From Takakia lepidozioides (Eukaryota > Plantae > Bryophyta), in assembly GCA_030704615.1 (NCBI GenBank), contig CM060731.1:10044001-10108000 (forward strand): a DNA stretch of 64,000 nucleotides. The letters are read 5' to 3'. Both the position numbers and the translations under genes were made by a program. Positions 22,686 to 36,812 of the stretch are shown here, in pieces (the first letter of the stretch is position 1; every line of letters starts with the position of its first letter). The notes under the pieces are model-generated. The model was given only the letters and a program-made list of their open reading frames with translations, did no database searches and was not told where the DNA came from.

Positions 22686-25600
22686 ATGGTGCCGGCGATG
22701 GTCATGCAGACGCCGTCTGCCTTGTGTAGTGCGACACAATCTTCGTCGTGTTGGGCTTCGTCGAGCTCTCCCTGGTCCTCGTATGCAATATCAGGTTCGC
22801 GAGTATGTTCACCAGCACCTTCGTGCACAAAATGCAGTAATATTGGAGCGCGTTATTCGTCAGCTTCGGTGATATTTTCTAGAGATATTATGGTGGGACA
22901 ATGCAGGGTAGTACCAAGAACATCTGCTTCAAAGAGGGTGCCTTTGCATCCTTGTGCTGCGCACGCATCCTCTCAATCTCCCAAGGTATGCCTGCTTGAT
23001 AATTTTTCGAATATGCGGCGTACCAGTAAGTGAAATTTGCATCATCAATTTCTGCAGAGCGTTTCTTGAGAATCCCCATCGAAGGGTTCCCAGGAGCTTT
23101 CAAAAGAGAACTTGTGGATGATTACAATCTTAGAACGAATGAATAGCTTGAGGTCTCTGCAAATTAGGTGACCAGAGGGAACTTCAGGAGCTGGAGGCGC
23201 TGTGGCAGCTGAGGAAAGTCACTCTATTGCTGGGGATTAATTAAGTCCTTGGTGGAACTTATAAAATGGCTTTATAGCAGCTCCGAGGAGCTTGACATGT
23301 GGAGGGAGATTCTGCAACAGACAGATTCTGTTTTATGAATTTGACCTGGAATAGTGTCCAGTACAGTCTTTGCTCACATAACCAAAAGTTCTGTCTGTTG
23401 TGGCTGGTGATACAGGACGATGGAGAAACAGCTAACTCACTCACCCTGGTTTTGCAAAAATGTGCTCTGTACTTGGCGATAGCAGCTGCCATAGGCCTGC
23501 CCTTGTCGCACACTCCTGTCACTTCTGCATTCGAAAGGGGCCCAGTAATTCCAGACATCGGTATCCTTATTGCGGGTCCACCAATCAAGGATGCTAATGC
23601 ATTACTCCGATATGCATTGCCTATCGCCAATAAGCCAATCAAGGAGGTCCAGAAAACTTTAGAAGAGGTTACTGATGATTTGAAGGTCCCTGGCGAGAAA
23701 GCCTTTGGTTCTGTTGAACGGGTAAGTCTGTAGTTCACTCGGAGCTTAAACCTCATGGCTTATCAGGTTGGGAAATTGAGTTTAAAATTCTGGTTGTGTT
23801 CACTTACAGGCAACAAGGCAGGCAGCCCGCATACTGAACCAGAACAAGGCAGCAATACTTGCAGACATTGCTGAGACCAAGAAGGAGGAGGGCCAGCAGC
23901 TGTTGGACAAGTTGAGTGAAGGCCTTCAAGAATTCAATAAGATAGAGGATGCAAAGGACAGAGCTGCAGTTGCCCCAAAGCAGAAAGAGCTCCTTCAGAT
24001 TGTTGGCAAGTGAGTTGCCCCACCTTAACGTTTTGAACTGATTCTCGAGAACCTAGAAATTCAGAACAGCTACTCAATCTCCTAAGTTCAGTTTTTTCAA
24101 ATTGTTCAGGGGAATGTCTCCAGGCTGCAAAGGCTGCTTCATACACTCTAACTTACAATATTTAGTCCACTTTCTTATCCTCAATGGGCTTTATGGGCAG
24201 CACTTTAGGATTCTTGGGGCACTGTTCCCAAACAAAGGCAAATGGGCCCACCAATCTGTGCCCTCGCTAAAGCTCTTGTCATGAGGTTATCATGGCAGCT
24301 TTGCATTCTGTCATGGAGATTGGTTGTAGACCCTGATCAGCACAAAATGGTTGCGCCTTTCTGAAGAGTTTATGATAAACCCCAACCACCTCCCTCCCCA
24401 ACCTCCAACCCACACCCCTGGTTGTCTGGAGCCTCAATTGTTTGTCTATTTTTCTTTTTGGTTTTTGAAGTTGTTGGTGCGTCGAACCGTTTCTGCAGTA
24501 TTGAGGAGGCTATGGTGGAGAAGTTTCCTTTTGAGGTGCCCGAGGAGTTTGCAAGCAAGCCACTGTTAAAGGGGCGCGCGACAGTTGAAATGAAAGTGAG
24601 GGTGAAAGACAACCCTAACATCAAAAGTGCCTTGCTTGAAATTGTAGTGGACGGCTACAATGCTCCTGTGACAGCTGGCAACTTTCTGGACCTGGTTGAG
24701 CGCCATTTCTATGATGGCATGGAAATCCAAAGGGGTGCGTCACTCTTCAAGGCCACTTAGTATTGGCAGTAAACCTAACAAATTGTCCAATAATCAATGC
24801 AGTTTTCTTGTCCCTCAAAACGGACAGATTAAACTTGTTTAGTTTGGGTGTTTCAAAGAGGAGAGAGGGGGGGGGGAGTACATGCACTAGACTGTGATAC
24901 AGACAGGATAAGGGAAGAGCTTTTGTTTCTCATGGCTACAAAACAGAGAGCAACAAGAACTTGGCTGACGTGTTGTAGCAGAGTAATGAACTTCCACAAA
25001 TTGGGGTGATGCAGCTGATGGCTTTGTAGTACAGACAGGAGACCCTGATGGTCCAGCTGAGGGGTTCGTGGACCCGAGCACTGGCAAGATCCGCACCGTT
25101 CCACTAGAGATCATGGTTGACGGTGACAAGGAGCCCATTTATGGTGCCACATTGGAGGTAATTATTCTGGCTGTGCGACTGTGGTTACTTTGAGAAAGCA
25201 AGTGTGAAGTGTGATGTATTTGAAAGGGTGCATGGAAGAGGTATGTAACCTTGCTGTTATATAATGGATTGTTGAAATTGATGCATATTCCACCACTCGA
25301 GAATGCTGGCAAATCCTCTTCCCCTTATAGTCTTACATGCGACCGCCAATTTTTGGCAGTCACATGGAATTAAAAATCACGTAAAATCCATGCGACCACC
25401 AAATATTGGCGATCACATGTCTTTGTGTGTTTTTTCTGGTTGCTTGGCTCACATTGCCAGGTGGTGGACGGATCGGCATGCAACGTAACTAGGTGGAGAC
25501 AATCAACGGCAGAGGGCTTATTTCCTGAGAATTGAAAGTTGCCACAAAATATCCATACTACTTTGCAACTATGAATTGGGCCTGTGGTTTCCTGACAGGA

Positions 25601-26600
25601 ATTGGGTCGGTATAAAGCTCGAACAAAGCTGCCATTCAATGCGTTTGGCACACTTGCAATGGCCCGAGATGTAAGTTTTTTATGACCCACATCTTATGGT
25701 ATTTGCATGCCGGGGCCGACACAATATGGTAGTTTGTTGATCCCGGTGCAACCACCTGGTGAGTTTGGTAGGCTGCCCTCTATCATTGAACACAGTACTA
25801 GATTTGTCTCCAGATGGCACTTCACTGGCACCTGTCTTTGAAAATGAATTCACCAGTTTAAGCTTCCTGTAGCTCCTGTGTACTTAGGAGGAGATCCATA
25901 TTCCCCTGGGGACCTCGGAAGTGCACCATTGATATCCTTTAAAGTCAGCTATGGGTTGTTCCGGTGATGAAGGAATGATAGAAGCTAGCAAATCTGGCTC
26001 GTGCACTATAATGGAGGTTTTTTATGCAATTAGTTGAGGCACTGCCAGAATCGCCATTGGGCAATGAATGCCATCCTTTGGGCAGTGTATATGGATCTTC
26101 CAGACACCCAGCAAACAACACAGTCTGAGCGCTCATCACTCAAGTGACATTAGCCATGTCCATGTCCACAGGTCCTGGAATCCTCTTGGTTTCTAGAGAG
26201 CATCGTAAGCTGGGGTCTGCTTCCAAAGTTGGGAAGGTTGGATTCTATGCAAGAAAGATCATGACAAACACCTCAACTGATGTAGAACACCAGTTGTGAA
26301 GCTAGATTTGAGTTACGCATGCACTATGTATGCTGCCAAGAGGTTTCATTCTTGTATGTTGGCTGGAAGCAGGAGTTTGAAAACGATTCAGCTTCAAGTC
26401 AGGTTTTCTGGCTGTTAAAAGAGAGCGAGCTGACACCGAGCAGTGCCAACATATTGGATGGGCGCTACACTGTGTTTGGATATGTGACTGACAACCCAGA
26501 CCTTCTTGCCGATCTAAAAGTGGGAGACGTGATAGAGAGCATCAGAGTCACAAATGGCATAGATAATTTAGTCAATCCCAGCTACAAAGTTGTTGCTTAA
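22686..26600 (+). CDS. CYP38: Thylakoid lumen cyclophilin CYP38/TLP40 (multi-exon)
   Basis: GT-AG exons 23416-23721, 23810-24009, 24499-24734, 25015-25157, 25599-25670 and 26373-26600 join in frame ([69 protein letters not shown]). The transit-peptide exons upstream are approximate. Confidence 0.93.
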
Positions 26601-27704
26601 AACGACTGGATCTTGCAAGAGCTATTCTTTGAATAAAAATGGAAGAAATCTTGGAAAACTTGGGTCCCTCATGATGCATACTATACCTGAATGAGTATTT
26701 TCCATAGTTTGCTGCTGTTTGTTGCTGCAACTGCCCGCCCTCTTGCACCTCCCACTTCGCTAAACCCAGTTAGAAAACTCTTAAGGGTTACTGTACTCAG
26801 TGGATGGGTTCTCTGATTCCCGCCTTAATGGCTGGGGGGCTCTCCTTCAGTGGGGGCTGCCCTTACACTCGCTTGGTTTCAAGAGCTTCCTATTTCTCAG
26901 CTTCAGTGACCCCAGAGAATGGGTTTGGCAGTTTAATGATGCCCCTGCCCCTTTCTTTCTTATTCTGCCAGGATGGGGTATCAGATGCTGTTCCCTGGGT
27001 TTCCTCTTGAATGTAAGTGAATGTAAGTTCTGTGTCAAATTATGGGCACATCTCCAGCTGCCCCAGCTGTGGAAATTGATCTGGGAGGAGGCGTGGCTTC
27101 TTCCACAGGCTAAACATAGCGCATTTTTCTGCATTCGGATCCCCCCTGTGGCACATGATCCTCCAGAGAATTTGTCCCAGTCTAAAATTAAACTATCTAC
27201 CGCACACCTAACGACAGTCATAGATAGTCCATTTTCAAACCAGATCGTCGGTGATTGTCTCCAACAAATTGGAGAATTCGTAAAGTCCTGGAGATTTGTG
27301 GGTTCTGTGTAGTTGTCGTGTATGGGAATGAGAGAGACAGAGAGAGTGTGAGAGTGAGAGAGGCGTGTTTGGTCTTCGGAAGGATGGCATCGTCAGTTGT
27401 GCCAGCTGGTGTTGGGGGAGCTGCGAAGTCATCATTTGCAGGGATTATTGTGGAGTGTGCTTCTTTGAAAGGTTGCAAGCGGCATGGGCTGTCCATGACT
27501 GTCACTTCTGCGCGCAGAAGGCAGGAAGCTGTAAACACAATTCTGAAGCCTGGCAACGCCGTGCGAGTGGGCTGCCTATGAGTCCATCACTTCCAGTCCA
27601 ACAAGAGCCATTACAGATAGAGTTGCGGACAACTCAGCTAACCATAGCAATGGCGGCATGCGTACTTGTAACTTCTACTGTGTGTATTCTAGTTGCTTTT
27701 GCAA

Positions 27705-28251
27705 GGGGATTGGTATGGCGTGAGCACAAAAAAATCGCCGCCTGAGCGGGATCCACGGTTATAGGGGTGATATGTATGTCAGCGGAAATACATATGATAG
27801 AAGGACATAGGGTCTTTCTGCGTTAATAGGGTCTCCCTGGTGTCTAAATAAGATCTTAAACATATAGAAGGAGCTTGAAAGGGAGAAACCTTAAGAGAAA
27901 AAAAAACAAACCCCAATTTCGCCAACGAAACCCACATTTCGTTGGCTAAAACCCAAGATGCGTTTTCGTTTCGTAGGTGAAATCCATTTTTTGGGTGATT
28001 ATTGGGGATATTCTACACACAATGTTTTCACAAATGCCACATTGTTTTGTGCACTGACCTCTGAGAGATATATTTGTGGGTCTTTGTGCTCACGTGAGTT
28101 AAGCTTTGGACGAATAATTTCATAAGTTTTGTCGCGTGAGCACAATTTTCACGTATACTTTTTCCGCATGAGCACATTTTGGTTTCGCTATTGCATATTC
28201 TCCGGATTTTTGGGGAATATGCGGCTCAGTGCTCACGCTGGCCGGAGCCTG
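27705..28251. mobile_element. Possible non-autonomous MULE derivative
   Basis: Ends carry GGCGTGAGCAC / GTGCTCACGCT..CCTG, like the TIRs of the 45215-56533 MULE. ATCCACGGTTATAGG (~27751) is shared with ~56337. No TSD found. Confidence 0.4.
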
Positions 28252-31200
28252 CACGCTACCCAACCACCAGTTGCAGCAGCCAACATTGCAATTAATACTT
28301 ATAACCTTTTTTCTTTTTTTTAATAAGAGGGGATAGAAGCCCTCGAGTTTTGTTTAAACTTTTAACCTTTATGATTGTTGAATAACTTGATTTTTTTATT
28401 TTTTATTTTTAAAATAACACTCATTTGAATAGCTAACCCAAAAAAAAAAAATCTAACCATCTCACACAAGTTCATCCTTGTAGTATAGCAAACTTGTCAT
28501 AAAATTGGATCATCTTTAAACTTGAAACTATTGTAGGCCTCTCGTACGGCACGTTATGCTATTCTTATCTTGTTGTGTGCGAACTGACGGTCTATGTAGT
28601 GTGGCACTAAAAATTATGAGGTGTAGTGTTATGTTATACGAGAAGCTTGGAGTCATAGTGAATAGTCATATTGTATGTTTTGGTAGCTTATATAGTGGCA
28701 AAACAACAAGTATACTATCACGCAACAACTACTTACTCATGGGTTTGGGATTGAGAGGGCAAAGACAACTCGGCCACTTTTGGGCATCATGAACCAACAA
28801 CAAACAAATCTGTGACATTTGAGAATTATTTTTATTTTAAAAATGAATATTTTGTAATATCTATTTATTTACTTACTTACTTATTTAAAGAAACAGGGGA
28901 CAGTGGCCCTGGAAATTTTATTAAGAATTGTTTGGGGAAAAAAACAAGACCCTGAGCCCACCATAAGGCACACACACCCCGTAGTTAGTGAAAAGAGAAC
29001 ATGACCTCTCAAAAGGGCTAACACGAGAAGAAATCATTTTTATAATTTTATTTACTTTTTAATAACAGGGGGCAGTGGCCATGTGGACTTTATTCGATAA
29101 GCACAAGAAGAGGAAAAATAACCTCTTGGAGGGCCGTAAAGCTTAGCGCACGGGAACACCCAATAACCAAAGTTTTTATAATTATTGTTGTATAGTTATT
29201 TTTACAACTACTTTTTTTTTTTTTTGAGTATTTAAGATATTTATATAATAATGTCTGCATTAAGTCACATGTCTTCATATTTGGAATGGTTGTTTGACAT
29301 CTAAGCTAGCCTTGATTGTTTTGTTTGTGTTATCAAGAGGCTTTGCCTTGAGATAATCCAATTCAATCAACTCATCATTCTCAAGGGTTCAACATGAGAT
29401 CTTAGCACATACCAAACATTTCGAAGAAGAAAGAAATGAAGAAGCGGAACATAACTATCAATGACACTTGTACACAGTGTTGAAGACCACTCTTGTGAAT
29501 GTAGGCACAAAAATATTTCAAAGGAATAGGTATTCCACATGAATTCCTTCCCGCTCATCGTTGTGGTGGGTTTAGGTGCTTTGTATAGGGGAAGGCCCGA
29601 GGATGGGTTTGTTCCTAGCTACGGCCCCGAATTTTCGAAACGGTCTCGTCCAAAGGCCTTCTTTTGTCCTGTAAAGCCATGTAGATTGTCAACAGCTAAG
29701 ATGTATTGAGCATACAACTCCAACAGATCACATTCCCCCTCCTCTCCCCCGCGCCCAAGATTTAAAAAAAATGATGGAATAAGATGGTTGTAGAAGATTG
29801 AATGGTGTCATCCGTAGGCGTAAAATACCATCTATAGGCATAAGTTGCCATCCTCGTGATCTTGGGGAATACATCTATTGCATAAGGTGCCATCCTGTTG
29901 TACTATAAGAAGAATTGTTAGGTCTTTACGTACCCTGGAATGGTCGAGCAGTAACGTCTAAGGCTGTGTAAGATGCGATAGGGTGAGACATGCAGCACAC
30001 GCAACATTAGGCACTACTACGAGGCCTTTCCAGCATTTTAAGGATTTTGGGTGCTTATAAACCATGTGTCAAATTTTGACTACAACAACAAAGCAAAATT
30101 GCACATTACGGACCCATAATATGCACTTACATCGCATTACATCCAGTATGTGCAGCCTAACGTGGACAGGGAAAAATCCAAAATATAATGCATGTTATTA
30201 TTAGTTTGTTAAATGTTGTAGTAAGCAGTGCCAAAGTCTTTTACAATGACCTACAGAAAACAATGTCAAATACAGTGTACGACAAGTTGGGCAACGACAA
30301 CTTGGGATCTGCAAGCAACGGTAGTCTGCACGCATGGGACAGTGGCACTTGCGCAGGAGAGTCACATACATAGTCCAAGACGAGGAGACGAGAGAGAAAG
30401 CCCGGTATTCGCGGGAAAGAATACTTAATAGTCGTATTGCTGTTTTTTTCCCTGAATCAGGTATGATATTATTAGCGATAATTGTCTCCGTATGTAAGTG
30501 TCTCCATATACATCGGATGAAAACCCGTTTTGGATGAAACATTGGATGACAAATAGCCGTACCGACATATTCAGTAAGATAATGTCCATCCGTCGCAGCA
30601 ATCTCAAATAATCCTCGCAGCAGACTCGCTGCTCCCGCAGCTCGCCTGCAGCTCGGATTATTCTCGATAATGCTCCTCCACATTGACATTATCTAATATA
30701 TAAAGGATTTTGGGGGCAAATTATGCCTTTTTTCAGGAAAATTTGGAAGCATAAGATTGTTGCTCCGGTGCTGGCGCATTATGCATTCATAATCGGCAGT
30801 TCGACTCTCATAATCGGTTGTTTGACTTTTAGAGGCACAATTTGGCTTGCAGCCAATCACAAGCCTCACAATTTGCCCCCAAAATTCCTTTACACCAGGG
30901 AACGCGCCCCCTAGGGCACATTCTGGCACCTAGTTCGTCCATAGGTCTCGCCCTACTGGCCTCGCCCTAGTGACTCACTAGGAGCCAGAATGCTTGGGCA
31001 CGTTCTCTAGTATATAAACGGGCGGGAGATGGACCCCTGGGCTTCAACCCTAAGAAACTCAGCCCTAATTTATATCAAGCAAAATCGGACCATACAATGT
31101 GTGCCTCCACTACCCTAAGTGAACATATCTAAATCTTGGCAGAATCTTCCAAGTACCTAGAGAATTATTAAGAAAAAACCAAAAAGAAAAGCCGAAAAGT

Positions 31201-32690
31201 GGCTCGATGGGCGCTTAGGGATTAACAAGTCACCTACAACAACGGCCGTAATCTCGAGCGCCCGAACTTGTTTTCTTGTCAGCTAGGCAGTACTAGTACT
31301 ACCATCCACATGATCAAAATTGACTATATTGGAACAGATTACATTCGACTGTGCAGCTCCCGGATGAGTTTTCAGGTTTATATGGATGAAAGTAGATTTC
31401 ACTATTCGCAAAGAGGAGGCATACGCGTCTACCCGCTTGTTTTACTTTATTTTTGTCTCTTTTCATTTGTGGGGGCAGTCACGGACTCTAAAATTAGTAG
31501 ATGTAATTACTCCTAATGAGGCTGCTGCAAGTGTATATGAGACAAAGCACCTAGGGACCCACATCCTTGAATGTTCTCGCTAGTCATCCAAAGACTTTTC
31601 GTCGTTACGCTGATTTACACGCATATCAATTTGATATAAATGACACTTACAAGAGTAAATTTATGTAATTTTATTCAGATTCACTACCACCATTGGGGCC
31701 GCAGCAGTAGCTAGAAAATAAGAACAGATCAATGACAGTGGGTCTGCAAAACATCTATGTCTTTTTACATGGATATCAATTTCATGATGACATCCTATGA
31801 TACGTATATAAGACACAAATAACATTCTTCACAGACAATAAATCTACATATGGTTTCAGATCTTGAAGTTGTCTTGTTCTTCATCAAGCGCATTTCTAAA
31901 TACACAACAGGGTTGGTGTACTGGAGATAAATTAGATGGAGTGGGCAATTTCAATAACAATCAACATGTGGGCGTGATTGTTTGTACTTTAGAAGAGAGT
32001 AAAAATTTCAGGGCAGTTTAACATTTGACCGTGTAACAATTCTAGAGGGACATGCATGGTGACATGACAAACAAAGAGTGCCGACAAACACAAAGCCGCG
32101 AATGCAACAAGCAAAAGGACAACACAATATTGTCCCCAAAACGAGGAAACTTACTCACATGTAGGTTGTCTATGCATTCAATATTGCGGATTTGTTCAAA
32201 CAACAAGTTGCTTGGAACATAGCTAGGTGATGGACGATCTTGCCGAAGTGTAGTTGCGTCAAGCTCTTAACGATATTGTCTTGATTGATTTTTGGACATA
32301 TTTGTTGGTACGAAGAAGGTAGCACACGCCATGGAGTTTCTATGAGGCTGGAACACTACGATGTCCATTTGCCTAGAGCCAAAGAGGAAATCTCGTGATA
32401 ATTAAAAATGGTAACAACCCACATCTCATTCATGAAGGATCAAAGGTTGTTTGTGGGCGAGTAGCTCATGCATTTCTATTCTGAAGCAAACTTACAGATT
32501 TTATTCAAAACTCATGCGACCATGGTTCCAAGTTTGTGCAATAGGCAGGCTTTCATAGAAGCCCTCGCAGTTGCACATTCTGATGCTTAGGTTGTGCAAC
32601 ACCCCTTGAGAAACAGCTCAAGTGAGGGACCACCATCTGGAATGATCTAGTTCTTCTCAATTGCATGTTCATCAACTATACACGACGTCC

Positions 32691-35338
32691 ATGGCGTTTC
32701 ATGCAAGACAAACGGTGGGATCCTGGTTAAGTTCAGGTCAGGAGAATCGGGAGAGAAGTAGAGACGTCAATATGCGCAAAGACGTTTCAAGTGAACCAAT
32801 TACACTCGAGTCTAGTATTGAACAAGGTTCCAAAACTATTCATCGACAAAGATTAGGCAGAGCTACAAATGAGAAACCCATCAAACTACGTAGGGTGAGT
32901 AAGAGCCCGTCAATGCCCACAATCCATGAGGTCTGCTCTAGGTCTGCAAGTCCAAAGCACGATGTTGTTAACCACATGTCCAAACCCCTTAAAGAGCCCA
33001 TACTTCAATCCAAAGCCATCACCACAAAATTATCCTCCAAACCTCAAAGATTTCAGATTTCTAGACAGGAAGAAGAAACCAGCAAACGAGATCTAGCAAA
33101 TAGCACACATAGCAGAGATGAAATGCCATTACTATTAAAGCTATCAGGGACCTTGAAAGATGGTCGGCCAAAAATCAGCGAGTCCTCAAAGCTCGTAGGA
33201 ACAAAATCTAGACCTAGAGGCGTTACGGTACAGCAAAATGTGGTGGTGGTTGTTAATGGGACAAAGGAGCTCACCACATGTGCCCTTGGTTGGGCATTTC
33301 AGCATATTCTTCAGCCAGGGGACTGTGTGACACTTCTAGGAATTATGGAACACGTCGTCACTCCCAGTGAGTACATACTTTGCAACTAAGAGATCCTATG
33401 ATTACAAACTAGTTAGTTTCAATTGAATATCAATTGTGCATGTGTGCAAAAAGGTAATGAAGATTAATGACAAAATTTGATAAATAACTAGACTCTCTTA
33501 AACTTGGTGCTCACCCAATTTTTTTCTGATTTTATGATCAAGTCTTAGAAGCACTCAGATAGCTACATGGAGATTATTTGTAGTCAAAACTCATACTCGA
33601 GTGCACAAGCTATGTTGAGAGAATGTAGAGAATGTGTAGAATGTACTAGCTTATAGAATCATTCATAAGTTTATAATAAGTTTCTTTTGGGAGGGTCCTC
33701 AAAGGGTGTGGATTTTGGGAGCCCTGAGTAGCTAATTCCAAACTTAGTTTCAAAGCCAAAGTGGTTCATTCAAGCACATTGAGGTCATCACACTATAACA
33801 ACTAATATTCAAATTGTAGTTCTAAAGGATCGTCTTTTGACATTCATTGGTGTGTTGGTGTGGGTTTGTGCAGTGGGGTACAAGGTTTTGGCCGGCATTG
33901 TCGGATTAAATCCACTTGTACTGGAATCAGAGATATTGGGCAAGAAGGTGGCCTTTGAGAGCAAACTTTCCGAGATGAAAAAAACAAGTGCAAAGAGAGG
34001 GGTAAATATCTTCCACTATTGATCTACAATATTTTAGGAGTCTCTTTTAGGATGAAATGTGATGGGTCCTTTCAACTTACTTGAATTACCAACATAAAAT
34101 TTGTACATTAGTTCAATGTTTAGTTGACAAGTACTCGTGAAGACTGTTTTCCACACGTTGCAATGCAATCACAAATGTGAAACTTACATATGTTGGGACT
34201 TGGACGCCTCCAAAATGAGTTTTAAGTAAGTCATGATTTAAATTTATCAGGACATGAAGACGGTGCTGATGGTTGCAAACATTGACTGATTGATATTCCA
34301 GATAACTTTGCAAGTCCACATTACACCAGCACCTGTTCCTAGGGTGGCCATTGTAAATGAAGTCCAAGCCCTTCAAGCTACATGGGTAATCTTTGACAGG
34401 TTTGCTCACCATTCAACTCAAGCCCCCATGTCTGTGGATTTGTAGTGCATTAAATGCATAAAATATTTTTTTTCTCCGATTTTTACATGCATGTATAGAA
34501 TATAGATGCGTTCATGAAGGTTTGAATTGAACAACCTAAATTTGTCAACATTGCCCACTTCTTCAATTTACTATAGAACTTTTGAATTCGGAATTTTACA
34601 GTTCATAGGGATGTTGATGTCGCATGGGGCATGGATACCAGGAAGATGATGAAGACGACTGGAAAGTTCTACAGTGACAACCTCGCTTGCCACATTGTCC
34701 GAATGAAGAATGATGGGCACAACATGGAAATAATCTCTTATCTTGGCCACACTACAAACTTCAAGACCTCAATAGATGTAGAGAAATCCGGGGAGTCGCC
34801 ATCCAAGAATAAGGAGTCGAGAAACTTGTTGAAACATGTAGATCAATCCTTGACCTTTTTGAAGAAACTGAAGCTAGCATACTTGCCGAATACACTAACA
34901 TCATTAGCCATACCATCAGTTGGACGAGCTCAGATTATTTCCCTCCCCACAAATTACTTTGTCAATGATTCCCGGATTGATCATCTTCCAAGTCATCGCC
35001 ATGAACAAAGCATGGAGATTCCAAATATTCAAATTCAACAACCTCCACCTTCTGTGGACGAAGCCGATTCCGACATACATGACGTATCGTTCACCGTTGA
35101 CTGTCCCATCAATATGGCAAATCCAGGCTTCAATGAAGTTTCTAATTTGCCCAAACAAGTGAAAGCTACGTACCTGCAACAGGGCCCTATTCCAAGCAAT
35201 AGAACAATGGATCATCAGACTACATCTAGCACAATGATTAGCACTGAGGTATGCACGTATGAGAAAATGTATTTTCATGGTGCGGATCATCTGTACCCTC
35301 CATACTCATCACCTTCAACCATCACGACTAAGTACTAG
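32691..35338 (+). CDS. Plant USP-like (adenine nucleotide alpha-hydrolase-like) domain protein, multi-exon, no kinase domain seen
   Basis: VVVVVNGTKELTTCALGWAFQHILQPGDCVTLLGIM..VVTP|.GYKV and YSDNLACHIVRMK. Approximate exons: 32691-33367, 33873-34001, 34302-34399, ~34652-35338. Confidence 0.65.
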
Positions 35339-36812
35339 AATTGAGATTTGTACATATCATCATTATTATGTCTTCTTAGATCAATAGAAAATTTCCTACT
35401 AAATTTGCAACTGCAGTCTCCTGCAATTAATCATCGGTCCTTTTCTTCTGCCTACAAGAAAACACATGCATCATGTAAAATCAGACTACATGAAAGACAC
35501 ATGAATATTGCATATGTACTTAAGTATACTTGCTACATAACTGCCCATGGCCATAGGCAATGGTCATGAAAACAGCTATGATATTGGGCAAAACAACATG
35601 CAACAAATTGTGACACTTACAGTGTTTCATAAACATGATTTATTTTGGGTCTTTTGGCATCTTGACTTTCACGTCTGGATCTTGACTTTTTCGGTCGTCT
35701 TCACTTTCATGCATTACTGAAACATGTTCCGTTTGGAGTCAGCCAAAATTTAATCATCAAGCCCCTTCTATTTCCGTAGAGTTTATGAACTATAATTGCA
35801 CTACATAAATCTATAGATGTAAAATTCATGAACTTACCAGCAATTCTAGAACTAGTAGTTTTTCTGATCCATAAAGTAGGGAAGTGCCTCGAGCATTGTT
35901 GGATCTTTGGAAGTCCAACACTACTACGTTTGGGGGGGGGGGGGGATTGCGATGCCTCAGCGACCTCCAAACGCCGCGCCTAGTGACGGAAATACACTAC
36001 AGCGCCCGGGGCGCGCCGGGGACAAATTGCGACGTCGGGAAGTCGCCGCCACGTCGCTCCCAGAACGTCGCAGATTAGCGACCTAAGGGAATCGCTAATC
36101 CCCCGGGTCCACCTAGCCACGACCAGCGACGTCGGAAAGACGCTGCCCCTCCGGGGCATCGCAATATGGGGACTCCCAGGAGTCGCAACAAAGGGCAGGG
36201 AGGGGGGGGCATCCCTTCCCCTGCGTCATGGGGCAGTCGCAAGGACGTCGCCCATTCCCAGAAATAGCCACGCGCAGGCGTCGCCGGCACGTCGCAGCTT
36301 GACGACACCCGGGAATCGCCATGACGTCGCCGCCATTTGGGGGCGTCGCTAGACCCCCATGGGTAGGGAGGTTCTGTAGTGACGCCCGGGAATCGCACGG
36401 ACGTCGCAGCCCCCGGGGGCCGTCGCTAGCTCCATGGGAGGGCACGTTCGTGTGCGACTCCCTGGAGTCGCAACAACGTCGCAGCCCCTGCGTGACGTCG
36501 CTAGCTCCACGTTGGTGTGGTTCTGTTGCGACGGCTGGGAATCGCATCAGCGTTGCTGGTCGCACCCGGCCGTTGCTGGGTGAGAGGGTAGCCAGCTGGT
36601 ATTTGGGGTTTTCTTTTCATTTGGGGGGGGGGGGGGTTTCTTGGGGGTTGGGGTGTGCCTCGTGCTTGCATGAAATGCATGCATTCTAATCTATAGGTTA
36701 GATTAGAATCCACATGTCCATTAAGGTTAGAATGAGGATCGAAATGGCAACTGAAGAAATATATACATAAAGCGAGTACTACCTTTACATGTCTCTAACT
36801 GGGAACTATCCC

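Noticed and set aside
28310-29110. Three similar T-rich + AGGGG.CAGTGGCC motifs
   Set aside because: Probably decayed 3' ends of retroelements on the minus strand; too short to call.
35995-36004. Second CACTAC as the CACTA left terminus
   Set aside because: The GC-rich subterminal motifs already begin after the CACTACTAC at 35919, so that is the preferred end. Without a right end or TSD this cannot be confirmed.
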